Positions 10,245 to 19,798 of a stretch of 64,000 nucleotides of DNA are shown here, piece by piece. Numbering within the stretch: position 1 is the stretch's first letter; every line of letters starts with the position of its first letter. The notes under the pieces are model-generated. The model was not told the DNA's origin. It saw only the letters and a program-made list of their open reading frames with translations, and ran no database searches. A program made the position numbers and the translations under genes. Origin of the DNA: Candidatus Latescibacterota bacterium (GTDB taxonomy: Bacteria > Latescibacterota > UBA2968 > UBA8231); assembly GCA_965243025.1 (NCBI GenBank), contig CBDETY010000003.1, positions 3,168,001-3,232,000 on the forward strand, given 5' to 3'.

Positions 10245-10440
10245 TTCAGCCGCGGCGAGCGGGCGGCTTGGGCCTCGGTGCCCGGAAGAAGAATCGCTGG
10301 CCGGACACCCACTGCCGCGTTAACCCAATCCAGTGCCGGATGCGGTGTTGGTGGGTCGGAGGTCTTCCGCGCGGGCGGGCAAGGCGCGGTTGTGGGTTGG
10401 CGAAACCAGCGCCCGGGTACGCACCCGAAGCTGAACAGCC

Positions 10441-12282
10441 TCAGCTGCCGTCGAAGACGTTGTTGCGGATCCCGAAGACGTTGCCGGGATCGATCGCCTG
10501 CTTGGTCCGGCGCAGCACCTCGATGCTGTTGGGGCTCTGGATGCCGGCGACGAACCCCTGGCGGATCTTGCCGATTCCGTGGTGGTGGGAGAGCGAGCCG
10601 CCGTTGTCGAGAATCGCCTGGCGCAGGCGGACCTCGATCTCGTGGAACACCTCGTCAGGAGCCTCGAGGCCCTTCCCCGAGAACCCCATCGTGAAGTAGA
10701 TGCAGACCCCGGTGTGGTAGGTCTGGGTGACGCGGTAGGCGAGGTAGGGGGTCCCGGCGACGCCGCGGGCGGCGCACTGCTTCGACAGCTCGTCCCCGAC
10801 CGCGCCGATGACGTCGTGGACCCTGCTCCAGGGCACCGAGGTCTCGAAGGTCTCGGCGACGATGTTGAACTGGTTGAAGAAGTCGCGCAGGTAGGCGATG
10901 CCGAAGGTCAGCATGTAGCCGCGCTGGCCGTTCCTCTCCCCTCCGTCAAGGGCGCCGAAGCGGGCCGCCGTGGCGTAGATCACCCGCCTCTGGTGGGCGA
11001 CCTCGGTCCGGTTCCCCTCCATCACCACCGTGCAGGCGGACATCGCGGCCGGGTCGAACTTCTTGATCTTCAGGAGCACGAACTTCTGCAGCCGGTCGGC
11101 GATCCCCTTCCAGAAGCCGGGCGCCGGCTTGAGCGCCTGGCTGAAGCGCAGCTCGAAGTTGCTGACCAGGCGGATGCTGGCCGGCATCACCCCGGTGCGG
11201 CGCAGCTCCCAGAGGAAGGAGACGCCCTTCTCGAAACGCGGGAACACCAGCAGCCCGTAGCGGCGCACCTCGGGCAGCGGGTGGATCTTGATTACGGCCT
11301 TGGTGATGACGCCGAAGTTCCCCTCGCTGCCGAACAGGAAAACGCGCGGCTGAATGCCGGTCGAGTTGCGCGGGGTCGGGTGCCGGGTCTCGATCTCCCC
11401 GGTCGGGGTCACCAGCGTCGCCTCGAGGACGATCTCCTCGATGTTGCCGTACTTGTTCTTCTTCATGCCGCTGGCGTTGGTCGAGATCCAGCCGCCGAGG
11501 GTCGACAGCTCGAGGCTGTCCGGGTCGTGCCCGGAGGTGAACCCCCGCGCCGCCAGCTCGCGCTCGAGGTCCTTGCCGTAAATGCCGCACTCGACGCATG
11601 CCTGCAGGTTCTCGGGGTCGACCCAGAGGACGCGGTTCATGCGCCGCATGTCGACGGAGACGATCATCCGCTCTTCTTCCGGGGGAAGAGCGAGGGCGCC
11701 GCTGACGTTGGTGCCGCCGCCGTAGGGAACGAGACAGACGCCGTGCTCGCGCGCCAGACGCAGGATGTCGGCGACCTCCTCCTCGCTCTGCGGGTGTAGC
11801 ACGAGGTCGACGGTACGCTTCAGGCCGCCGATGTACTGCAGCCGGTAGACCTCGTCGACGCTGAGCTGGCCGTGGCTGTGGGTGAGGCGCGCCTCCTCGC
11901 CGGCGTCGATCCGGTCGGGTTGCAACCTTTCCGACACGGCCGCGAGGAAGGCCTGGTTGGTCCGCGGTTCGGGCAGCGGCTGCCGCGGCACCTCTGCGAT
12001 CAATTCATCCGGAGTGAACGGCACCCCGAGGACGTCCTCGGCGAACGGGACCAGGTGCGGCATGCTGTACCCTGCCAGCATGTAGCGCCCGCCGGTCATG
12101 CGCACGCTGCGGGGGCCGTCGAACTCGATGCGGGTGTCGGTGTACCCCCACCTGTGCAGGTGGCGCTCGCCGTGGGAGACGTCGTAGTAGGCGTCCAGCC
12201 CGCCCGGCTTTCTGCGCCTGCCGAAGTACAGCAGGAGCAGGAGAAAGAGGGCGACGGCGAGCAGTGGCAGAATCTCCATCAC
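10441..12282 (-). CDS. Alkyldihydroxyacetonephosphate synthase-like FAD-binding enzyme with N-terminal membrane anchor
   Basis: PYGGGTNVSGAL, DPDSLELSTLGGWISTNASGMKKNKYGNIE, GSEGNFGVIT, NGQRGYMLTFGIAYLRD, VTQTYHTGVCIYF, SLSHHHGIGK. Confidence 0.82.
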   Translation of the reverse strand: MMEILPLLAVALFLLLLLYFGRRRKPGGLDAYYDVSHGERHLHRWGYTDTRIEFDGPRSVRMTGGRYMLAGYSMPHLVPFAEDVLGVPFTPDELIAEVPRQPLPEPRTNQAFLAAVSERLQPDRIDAGEEARLTHSHGQLSVDEVYRLQYIGGLKRTVDLVLHPQSEEEVADILRLAREHGVCLVPYGGGTNVSGALALPPEEERMIVSVDMRRMNRVLWVDPENLQACVECGIYGKDLERELAARGFTSGHDPDSLELSTLGGWISTNASGMKKNKYGNIEEIVLEATLVTPTGEIETRHPTPRNSTGIQPRVFLFGSEGNFGVITKAVIKIHPLPEVRRYGLLVFPRFEKGVSFLWELRRTGVMPASIRLVSNFELRFSQALKPAPGFWKGIADRLQKFVLLKIKKFDPAAMSACTVVMEGNRTEVAHQRRVIYATAARFGALDGGERNGQRGYMLTFGIAYLRDFFNQFNIVAETFETSVPWSRVHDVIGAVGDELSKQCAARGVAGTPYLAYRVTQTYHTGVCIYFTMGFSGKGLEAPDEVFHEIEVRLRQAILDNGGSLSHHHGIGKIRQGFVAGIQSPNSIEVLRRTKQAIDPGNVFGIRNNVFDGS

Positions 12283-12637
12283 GCTTCAAATCCTTCCCGG
12301 AGGGTGGGGCCGGCTGTCGGTGCGCGGGGACCTGAATATAGGAAACCCCTGCCCCTTCCATTTACCGAAGTCGCCCTGCGGGAGGGCGGGATAACCGATG
12401 CAGCGAGAGCGGCATGACGACGCCGCGGGAACCTCGGGTGATATGCGCATGCCTTGGCTCGCGCACCTGCGCGGCGCCCCGAGGCGAGGATGGTGTGGGG
12501 CCCGAACGCCGGGCCCTGATCCCGGCACTGGTAAGGCCCCACCCAAAAAGTGGTGGGCGGCCGAACGGGCGCCGGACCAGCCCTTGCGCCGGCACCTGGG
12601 AATCCCGCTCTCGGGCGCGGTCTCGCGGAGGTCCCCC

Positions 12638-13339
12638 TCACTCCAGGATCGACAGCACCTCCGCGAGGGAGCGGACCACCCGGTCGGCCTGCGGGGAAGC
12701 CCCCTTCGAGGTGAACTCCAGGGTCTGGATGCTGCCCATGCCGAGCGCCGCGGCCCCGGCGATGTCGGTGTCCGGATCGTCGCCGATCATCACCGCCTCC
12801 GCCGCCGCCGGGACCCCTGCCCGTTCCAGGGCGGTCTCGAAGATGCGCGCCGCCGGCTTCTCGGCCCCGGCCTCCTCGCTGGTGACGACGGCGTCGAACA
12901 GGCCGTCGAAACCCAGGGCGCCGATCTTCCCCAGCTGCGGCAGCGCCGTGTGGTTGGAGACCAGGACCAGCGGGCGCGAGGCCTTCAGGGCGGCCAGCAC
13001 CTCCGGGGCGTCCGCCTGCGGCTGCATGCGCTCGAAGAACGCCTCCCAGTAGCGGCCGTACATCCGCCGCACCAGGTCGGTCGCGGCAGGGTGCGGGCCG
13101 CCGGCGACCGCCTCGACCATGCCCTTGAAGAAGAGGGCCCGGTTGTGCGAGGCCGCCTGCCCCCGCAGCTGGCGGGCGAGCTGTCCGCGGACCTCGTCGT
13201 GAAGCGCCTGGAACTCCAGCTCCGGAATCTCGAAGGCGCCGCCGAGGACTTCCCGCGCCGCCGCGAGCCCGTGCCGGTTGCAGGGGGCGTACTCGTACAG
13301 GGTGTCGTCGAGATCGAACAGGACCGCCTTCGCCTTCAT
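12638..13339 (-). CDS. HAD-superfamily hydrolase
   Basis: FDLDDTL motif I, VSN, EKPAARIF, MIGDDPDTDIAGA. Confidence 0.9.
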   Translation of the reverse strand: MKAKAVLFDLDDTLYEYAPCNRHGLAAAREVLGGAFEIPELEFQALHDEVRGQLARQLRGQAASHNRALFFKGMVEAVAGGPHPAATDLVRRMYGRYWEAFFERMQPQADAPEVLAALKASRPLVLVSNHTALPQLGKIGALGFDGLFDAVVTSEEAGAEKPAARIFETALERAGVPAAAEAVMIGDDPDTDIAGAAALGMGSIQTLEFTSKGASPQADRVVRSLAEVLSILE

Positions 13340-13400
13340 TCTCAGCCTCTTGCCCGTCGACTTACCGGGCCAGCCCGGACCTGCCCGCGGGGCCGGATTG

Positions 13401-14390
13401 TCAGTCGAGCCGGGCGTGCTCGGGGACGATCTCCTGGCGGAAGCGGAACACCTGGGGGTCGCCTGGATCGACCTGCACCCGCACCCAGTGCATGTGGGGG
13501 GAGCCGAAGACCTCGAGCCGCGTGAAGTTGTCGAGGCGGCGGCCGCTCTCCGGTCCGGTGAGCGGCTTGTCGAGGCGGAAGTAGTGGTAGTCGCCGTGGA
13601 CGAGGAGGACGGGTCTGCGGAACGCCGAGGTCTCCCCGGACAGCGCCCGCAGGAACCCGGTGTACGGCCCCGGCGGATCCGCTTCCTGGTCCGACTCGAA
13701 ATGCGGGTTCCCGTGCATGGCGATCAGCAGCCCGGGGGCGTCCGTCTCCCGGGCGACGCGGAACCCCTCGCGCATCCAGGCGATGGCCGCGCCGGTGCGC
13801 CGCGCCACCTCGGCGTCGTCTTCCGGGGTGCGCGCCGGGAAGCCGGCCAGGGCGTTCCTGCTGCCGACGATGTGGAGAGCCACGAAAACCACACCTTCGC
13901 GGCTCCAGCGGACATGCTCGGGAAACTCCGCCCGGGCAGGGTCGGCGGCCTGGGAGACCAGCGAAAGCGAGCCGCCTCCGAGCACCCGCCCCGGCGGCGT
14001 GAAGAACAGGGCGCGCAGCCGGGCCAGCCGCTCCAGCGGCTTCCAGGACCCGGCTTTCTCGCGGTGGCAGTCCGTCCACTCGTTGTCCCCCGGCAGGAGC
14101 ACGACGGGGTGGCGGAAGCGGGAGAACATCCGCAGCCGCGACTCCAGCGCGGCGTCGGCGCAGGGGCGGCTGCCCCCCTTGAAGTCCCCCACGTGCAGGA
14201 CGAAGGCGAGGTCCTCGGCGTCGATGCGTTCGCGCAGCAGGGGGAAGCGCAGGCTGTCGGTCTCGCTGTACGGCAGGTCGCCGATGGCGGCGAAGTCGAA
14301 GCCGGCAGCCGGCACCTGTGCGGCGCTGCACAGCAGAAGCGCAACGGCCAACGGGAGGAAGGGGGGCGCGGAAGTCACTGCACTCTTCAT
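13401..14390 (-). CDS. Secreted calcineurin-like metallophosphoesterase-fold protein
   Basis: Signal peptide, then AIGDLPY, LHVGDFKGG, PGDNEWTDCHR, LVHGDYH. Confidence 0.75.
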   Translation of the reverse strand: MKSAVTSAPPFLPLAVALLLCSAAQVPAAGFDFAAIGDLPYSETDSLRFPLLRERIDAEDLAFVLHVGDFKGGSRPCADAALESRLRMFSRFRHPVVLLPGDNEWTDCHREKAGSWKPLERLARLRALFFTPPGRVLGGGSLSLVSQAADPARAEFPEHVRWSREGVVFVALHIVGSRNALAGFPARTPEDDAEVARRTGAAIAWMREGFRVARETDAPGLLIAMHGNPHFESDQEADPPGPYTGFLRALSGETSAFRRPVLLVHGDYHYFRLDKPLTGPESGRRLDNFTRLEVFGSPHMHWVRVQVDPGDPQVFRFRQEIVPEHARLD

Positions 14391-14463
14391 GAACCAATCC
14401 ATTTGTTGGAGGCGGCCTGTTCGGAGGACGGCGAGAAAGGCGGCGGCCACTCTGGCCGTGCCG

Positions 14464-14784
14464 TCAGGAAACAGCTTCCCACTCTTCTCCGTAGTGAATG
14501 GTGATCTCCTGGTCCCTGGGAATGAGCCGCAGGGCGTAGAGGTGGTCCCCGTCGAACCCGGCGTTGGGACGGCCGGAGTGGTTGAGGAAGCGCAGCCCGT
14601 TCTTTCCCAGGAGGCCGACTGTACTGCCGTCGTCACCCTCGACCCAGAGCACGTGCGTTCCGTTGCGGCCGGTGGGGGTCCCGATATACACCCCGATAAG
14701 CTCGCCGCGGGTGATCCTGCGGGCGGCGAATACCCCCTTGCCGTGGATGGGGCTGGGACCGGTGTAGTAGCTGTGTGCAGGCAA
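14464..14784 (-). CDS. Stand-alone SET-domain protein (lysine methyltransferase family)
   Basis: SPIHGKGVFA, RFLNHSGRPNA, EITIHYG SET motifs. TTG start uncertain. Confidence 0.85.
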   Translation of the reverse strand: MPAHSYYTGPSPIHGKGVFAARRITRGELIGVYIGTPTGRNGTHVLWVEGDDGSTVGLLGKNGLRFLNHSGRPNAGFDGDHLYALRLIPRDQEITIHYGEEWEAVS

Positions 14785-14955
14785 TGCGGCTCATCCTGCT
14801 GAAATGTGAAGGTCTGGCGGGGAAGGGTATTTCTACTGTAGGGATCGCGCCGGCATTCCTGCAAGTGGGGTATCCCCATGAAGATTCATCCGTGTATACT
14901 TCCAGGACGAAGGTTCAGGGAAGGACGTTCCCTGCCTGCCCATATGGAGGTTCCC

Positions 14956-15504
14956 ATGACGACCGCGGCCCTGGTCACCGCTGACGAGTTGTTGCAGATG
15001 GAGGACGATGGGTTCCGCTACGAGCTCGTGCGGGGGGAGTTGAGAAAAAAGAGTCCGGCAGGCCACCGGCACGGCAGAATCGCGCTCAACCTGACAGGGC
15101 CGCTTTTCCAGCACGTAAAGAGGTACGATCTGGGATCCGGATATGCCGCTGGAACCGGGTTCGAACTGGCTGCGGACCCCGACCTGGTGCGGGCCCCGGA
15201 CGCGGCCTTCATACGGGCAGAGCGGGTCGAGGCGGTGGGCGAGACCGAAGGCTTCTGGCCGGGTGCACCCGACCTGGCCGCCGAGGTCCTCTCACCCGGA
15301 GAAACCTCGTCGGAGGTGCAGGAAAAGATCGCCGACTGGCTCGACGCCGGAACCCGCCTGGTCGTCTTGGTCGATCCGGAAAATCAAACGGTAACCCTGT
15401 ACCGCTCGCGCAGGGACGTCCGCGTCCTGACCATCGACGACGTACTCGAAGGCGGAGAGGTGGTGCCTGACTGGGCTCTTCCGGTCCGGGATATCTTTCT
15501 CTGA
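14956..15504 (+). CDS. Uma2 family (DUF820) restriction-endonuclease-like protein
   Basis: RYELVRGEL, VRAPDAAF, PDLAAEVLSP, WLDAGTRLVVLVDP. GGAGG RBS. Confidence 0.9.
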   Translation: MTTAALVTADELLQMEDDGFRYELVRGELRKKSPAGHRHGRIALNLTGPLFQHVKRYDLGSGYAAGTGFELAADPDLVRAPDAAFIRAERVEAVGETEGFWPGAPDLAAEVLSPGETSSEVQEKIADWLDAGTRLVVLVDPENQTVTLYRSRRDVRVLTIDDVLEGGEVVPDWALPVRDIFL

Positions 15505-15523
15505 GAAGCGGACTGTCCGCGGC

Positions 15524-15547
15524 TGCCCGCCCTCTCCGGGGCGGGCA
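15524..15547. terminator. GC-rich hairpin between convergent genes
   Basis: TGCCCGCCC-tctccg-GGGCGGGCA, 9-bp stem, no clear U-tract. Confidence 0.35.
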
Positions 15548-15593
15548 TGCTCACCTTGCCGCACTCTTCGCCCCGACAATTCCCATCAGCTCA

Positions 15594-16271
15594 TCAGCCC
15601 TCCTGCCGAGCCTTCATCTCCGCCAGCAGCCTGCGGCGGTACTCCTCGCTGCCGAGCTCGTCCAGCCTGGCGCACTCCTCGTCCGACAGGAAGGAGGGGG
15701 TGCCGACCTGCAGGGCCCGCCACTGGATATCCGCCTGTTCCTCGATGGCGAGGCTGCGGTAGAGGGCCTCCTTTATCGAGGCGCCCACGGTGATGCTGCC
15801 GTGGTTGCGCAGCACCATGCCTGCGACCTCCGGGTCGGCGAACCCGGCGGTGACCGCGGCGGCCAGCTCCGGGGTGGTCACGGTGATGTAGTCGACATGC
15901 GGCACGTTGGGCCCGAGGTACACGTAGTAATCGGCGAACATCGGTCTCAGGTCGTGCCCGGCCGCGGTCAGGGCGATGGCGGTGCGCGGATGGGTGTGGA
16001 TGACGGCCTCCAGCTCCGGGCGCGCGCGGTAGATCCCGAGGTGCATCAGCACCTCGGACGAAGGGCGCCTGCCGGGGCTGACGATCTCCCCGCTGTCGAT
16101 GTCGACGCGGGGGTAGTCGGCCGCGGCCGCCTCGCCGAGGGAAAAGCCGCTCGGCGAGATCCACATGCCGCCCCCCTCGCGGGCGCTGACGTTGCCGCCG
16201 GCCCCGGTGACGAGGCCGCTTGCGCTCAGGCCCCGCGCGGTTCCCACCAGTTCTTCGAGTATGGCGCTCAT
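15594..16271 (-). CDS. Class II aldolase/adducin family protein (FucA-like)
   Basis: GGNVSAR, PSSEVLMHLGIY, AVIHTHP, LRNHGSITVG. Confidence 0.9.
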   Translation of the reverse strand: MSAILEELVGTARGLSASGLVTGAGGNVSAREGGGMWISPSGFSLGEAAAADYPRVDIDSGEIVSPGRRPSSEVLMHLGIYRARPELEAVIHTHPRTAIALTAAGHDLRPMFADYYVYLGPNVPHVDYITVTTPELAAAVTAGFADPEVAGMVLRNHGSITVGASIKEALYRSLAIEEQADIQWRALQVGTPSFLSDEECARLDELGSEEYRRRLLAEMKARQEG

Positions 16272-16310
16272 TTCGAGATTGCTCCGTTACAGGGTTGCCG
16301 GCTGCCCGCC

Positions 16311-16354
16311 CGTTGCTTCCCTCCCCGCACACCTCGGGTACGACTCGCCCAGGC
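16311..16354. repeat. Dispersed ~45-bp intergenic repeat, copy 1
   Basis: cgttgc-ttccctccccgcacacctcgggtacgactcgcccaggc matches 56414..56458 at 38 of 45 aligned positions (manual alignment). Confidence 0.6.
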
Positions 16355-16495
16355 GGCTCGCGAGCCGGGCGCTCTCTCCATACGCTTGGTTTCGCGCGCA
16401 GTCCAGGTCGCTGGTTCCCCGGACCTGTGTCCGCAGGCGCCCCCCCAGGCCGTTCCCGGACAAAGCGGACCAATGCCGCCCGCCCGGACCTGTAT

Positions 16496-17953
16496 TCAAC
16501 CGGCTTCCAGGTATCCCCGTTTTTCCAGCGCTTCCCTGAAGGCGGCGTAGCGCTCTTCCAGTGCGGCGCCGCGGCCCCGGTCCGGGGTGAAGGTGCGCTC
16601 GGTCCGCACCATTGCCCGGGCGGCAGGCCACAGTCCGCCGAGCAGTACGGACGCCGCCAGGACCGCGCTGCCGAAGGCGGATTCGGGACATGCCGGCCGG
16701 TGGACGCTGCGGCCGGTGGCGTCGGCGCGCAGCTGCAGCCAGACGTCGCTCCGCGCCGCAGCCCCGGTCGCGTAGATGCCGCCGCCGCCGGCCCCTGCAG
16801 CGGCGTCGAGCACCTCGTACGCCAGGCGCTCGGTGAAAGCCACCCCCTGCAGGTTGGCGGCGTACCGCTCAAGGTTGGAGGCGGGCCCGGGATCGCAGAA
16901 CCCCTCGGCCCCGGCGCATGCGAACGGGAACCGCTCCCCGGTGCGCGCCAGCGGGTAAGCGGTCAGGGCGCTCGGAAGCAGGGGCTCGGCCTGCCGGTCG
17001 AGGGCCGCCGGGTCCTGCCCCGGGAACTGCGCCCCGATCCACTCCCCGCCGGTGTTGCTGGCGGCCCCGGGCAGCCAGTACCCGCCCGGCAGCTTGTGGG
17101 AGTACACCAGCCCGTCCGGTGAAGCCGCGGGACCGGAGGCGAGGCGCTTGAAGACCAGGGTCGTCCCGAGGGTGGTGTTGTCGTCTCCCGGCAGGTGCGC
17201 CCCGGAGGCGAGGAACGCCGCGGTGCCGTCGGTGGCCCCGGCGACCACCGCCGCCCCTGCAGGCAGCCCGGTCGCCGAGGCGGCCGCCGGGGACAGCTCG
17301 CCGAGGCGGGCCCCCGGAGCCGCCACCTCAGGAAGCCTCTCCCCCATTCCCTCGCAGGCGCGGACCCAGTCAGGCCAGCGCTCCTCGAACAGGTCGTACC
17401 CCGTCTTCAGGGCGTTGCTGTAGTCCGTGACTCCGGGTCGGGCCCCCAGGCGCGCGGCGATGTAGTCGGCCTGGTGGCAGAACCAGCGCGCCGCGGCGAC
17501 CGTTTCCGGCTCGCGGCGCAGCAGCCAGAGTATCCGGGCCGCGGCGAACGACGGCGCGAAGCGGTACCCGTGGCGGCGGCAGTGGCCGGCGGCGAGCCCG
17601 CACAGCTCCTCGGCCTCGGCGCCGGCGCGGGCGTCGTTGTACATCAGCGCCGGACGCACCGCTTCCCCGGCGCCGTTCATGCAGACGAGGGTGCCCGAGG
17701 TCCCGTCGACGGCCAGGGCCGCGACTGTCTCCGCCCGCTTCCCGAGCCGGCCGGCGACCCCGGCGAGGCAGGACCGGGCCGCCGTCCACCAGGACTCCGG
17801 ATCCTGCTCGTGCCAGCCACGGGGCAGCCCGCGGCGCGGCGGCGGGAAGGGCTGCCTGGCGGCCGCGGCGACCTCCCCCGAGGTCGAGACCGCGAGGGCG
17901 CGCACGCCTCCGGTCCCGGCGTCGATCCCTATCGCCAGCCTGTCATCCTGCAT
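16496..17953 (-). CDS. FGGY-family carbohydrate kinase
   Basis: IGIDAGTGGVRA, VDGTSGT, MYNDAR, GATDGTAA, GTTLVFK, ESAFGSAVLA. Confidence 0.9.
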   Translation of the reverse strand: MQDDRLAIGIDAGTGGVRALAVSTSGEVAAAARQPFPPPRRGLPRGWHEQDPESWWTAARSCLAGVAGRLGKRAETVAALAVDGTSGTLVCMNGAGEAVRPALMYNDARAGAEAEELCGLAAGHCRRHGYRFAPSFAAARILWLLRREPETVAAARWFCHQADYIAARLGARPGVTDYSNALKTGYDLFEERWPDWVRACEGMGERLPEVAAPGARLGELSPAAASATGLPAGAAVVAGATDGTAAFLASGAHLPGDDNTTLGTTLVFKRLASGPAASPDGLVYSHKLPGGYWLPGAASNTGGEWIGAQFPGQDPAALDRQAEPLLPSALTAYPLARTGERFPFACAGAEGFCDPGPASNLERYAANLQGVAFTERLAYEVLDAAAGAGGGGIYATGAAARSDVWLQLRADATGRSVHRPACPESAFGSAVLAASVLLGGLWPAARAMVRTERTFTPDRGRGAALEERYAAFREALEKRGYLEAG

Positions 17954-18196
17954 CCGGTTGCTCCCCGCTCCGGTTTCCACCTATGCTACGCAACCGCCAG
18001 GCGCTGTCCAACGAGCAGCGTGGGCGAAGCCGATCCTGCCGAAAACCGGGGGGTTGCCGGAGAGGTCAGCGCCCGGGAGACTCGCGCCTCCTCGCCGACG
18101 GAACAACGACATGCTTGAACCGGGCGAACCGGGCAATCTCCGTCCGGCCCCGGGGGCGGCCGCCCGGATCCCCACTGGATTCCAAGGAAGGAATAG

Positions 18197-18910
18197 ATGG
18201 CAAAGACAGCGGTAATCTCCGGCGTCGGCTCCGGTCTGGGAGCGTCGCTGGCGGTCAAGTTCGCCGACGAGGGGTACGACACCGCGCTGCTGGCGCGGTC
18301 GGATGGCTTCATCAACAGCCTCTCGCAGCAACTGCGCGAAGCCGGCCGGGACTCGCTGCCGATCGCCGCGGACATCACCGACCCGGCGCAGGTCGCCGAC
18401 GCCTTCGCGAGGGTGCGCGCCGAGCTTGGGGAGGTCGAGGTGCTGATCAACCACGCCGGCAACGCCGCCTGGGGGGACTTCGAGGGCCTGACCGCGGCGG
18501 AGTTCGAGCGTTCCTGGCGGGTCTGCGCCCTCGGCTCCTTCCTCTGCAGCAAGGAGGCGGCCGGCCCCATGGCGGAAAGGGGGTCGGGGACGATCCTGTT
18601 CACCGGGGCGACCTCGAGCATCCGCGGCCGCGGCGGCGCCGCCGCCTTCAGCAGCGCCAAGTTCGCGGTGCGCGGGCTCGCCTGGTCCCTGGCGCGCGAG
18701 CTGTGGCCGCGGGGAGTGCACGTCGCCCACGTGATCATCGACGGCCTGCTCGACACCCCGAAACTGCGCGAGGCCGGCGTCGACGCGGACGAGCCGGTGA
18801 TGGACACCGACGCGGTGGCCGAGGCGTACTGGAGCCTGGCGAGCCAGAAGCCCGGCGCCTGGGCCTTCGAGATCGACCTGCGGGCGCACCGGGAGGACTT
18901 CTTCGGCTGA
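18197..18910 (+). CDS. Short-chain dehydrogenase/reductase
   Basis: SGVGSGLG, INHAG, FTGATSS, FSSAKFAVRGLA, HVAHVIIDG. Confidence 0.9.
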   Translation: MAKTAVISGVGSGLGASLAVKFADEGYDTALLARSDGFINSLSQQLREAGRDSLPIAADITDPAQVADAFARVRAELGEVEVLINHAGNAAWGDFEGLTAAEFERSWRVCALGSFLCSKEAAGPMAERGSGTILFTGATSSIRGRGGAAAFSSAKFAVRGLAWSLARELWPRGVHVAHVIIDGLLDTPKLREAGVDADEPVMDTDAVAEAYWSLASQKPGAWAFEIDLRAHREDFFG

Positions 18911-19038
18911 GAGGGGAAGCATTGGATGTAGAGGGAAAGGGCGAAGGGAAACGGACCGGCTCCCCGGGGGTTGAAAAAAATGAGATTGGAAAACTTGCCG
19001 CACCGCAACGGAAGAACGGCGCCGGGATCGAACCGCCC

Positions 19039-19773
19039 ATGAGCCCCCCGGCGGTCCAGGCCGTCCTCTTCGACCTCGACGACACCCTGATCGATTTCCA
19101 GTACTCGCGCCGGCACGGGCTGCGCGCGGTCCAGGAACTGCTGCCGGCGCTGGCGCCGGTGCGGCTCGAGGAGCTGGAGCTGGTCCACGACGAACAGCTG
19201 CACGCCAACTACCTGCGCACCCTCGACGGCAGCCTGTCGGACGACGAGGCCCGCCTCGAGCGCATGCGCGGCATCTGCGGCCGCTACGGGCTGCGGCCGG
19301 ACGAAGGGAGGATTGCCGAGGCGGCCGCGGCGTACGCCCGCGGGCAGCAGTCGAACGCGCGCCTCGTGCCGGGCGTCCCCGGGCTGCTCGAGGCCCTGCG
19401 GGGACGGGTGAAGATCGGGGTGGTAACCAACGGCCCGTCGGCGCGGCAGCGGGGCAAGCTCGAGTCCTTCGGCATCCGCCCCGACGGCCTCGACGCCCTG
19501 GCGATTTCCGGGGAGGTGGGGGCGGCCAAGCCCGACCCGGCGATATTCCGGCACGCCCTCGCCGCGCTGGGCGCGGCGCCGGAGCGGGTGACGATGGTCG
19601 GGGATTCCTGGGAGAACGACATCCTCGGCGCCCTCGGGAGCAGCATGGCCGCGGTCTGGCTCAACCGCTACCGGCTCACCTGTCCCGATCCCGGGCTCGC
19701 CGTCGAGATCAACGGGCTCGAGCCGGTCGGGGAAACCCTGCGGATCCTGGGAGTGCCGGCGAGCCGGGATTGA
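19039..19773 (+). CDS. HAD-superfamily hydrolase
   Basis: FDLDDTL, VVTNG, KPDPAIF, MVGDSWENDILGA. Confidence 0.88.
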   Translation: MSPPAVQAVLFDLDDTLIDFQYSRRHGLRAVQELLPALAPVRLEELELVHDEQLHANYLRTLDGSLSDDEARLERMRGICGRYGLRPDEGRIAEAAAAYARGQQSNARLVPGVPGLLEALRGRVKIGVVTNGPSARQRGKLESFGIRPDGLDALAISGEVGAAKPDPAIFRHALAALGAAPERVTMVGDSWENDILGALGSSMAAVWLNRYRLTCPDPGLAVEINGLEPVGETLRILGVPASRD

Positions 19774-19798
19774 CCGCTGGCGGGGCCGGCGCCCGGCC

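Noticed and set aside
12283-12637. 355-bp gap as a riboswitch or small gene
   Set aside because: No recognisable riboswitch consensus or convincing ORF by eye.
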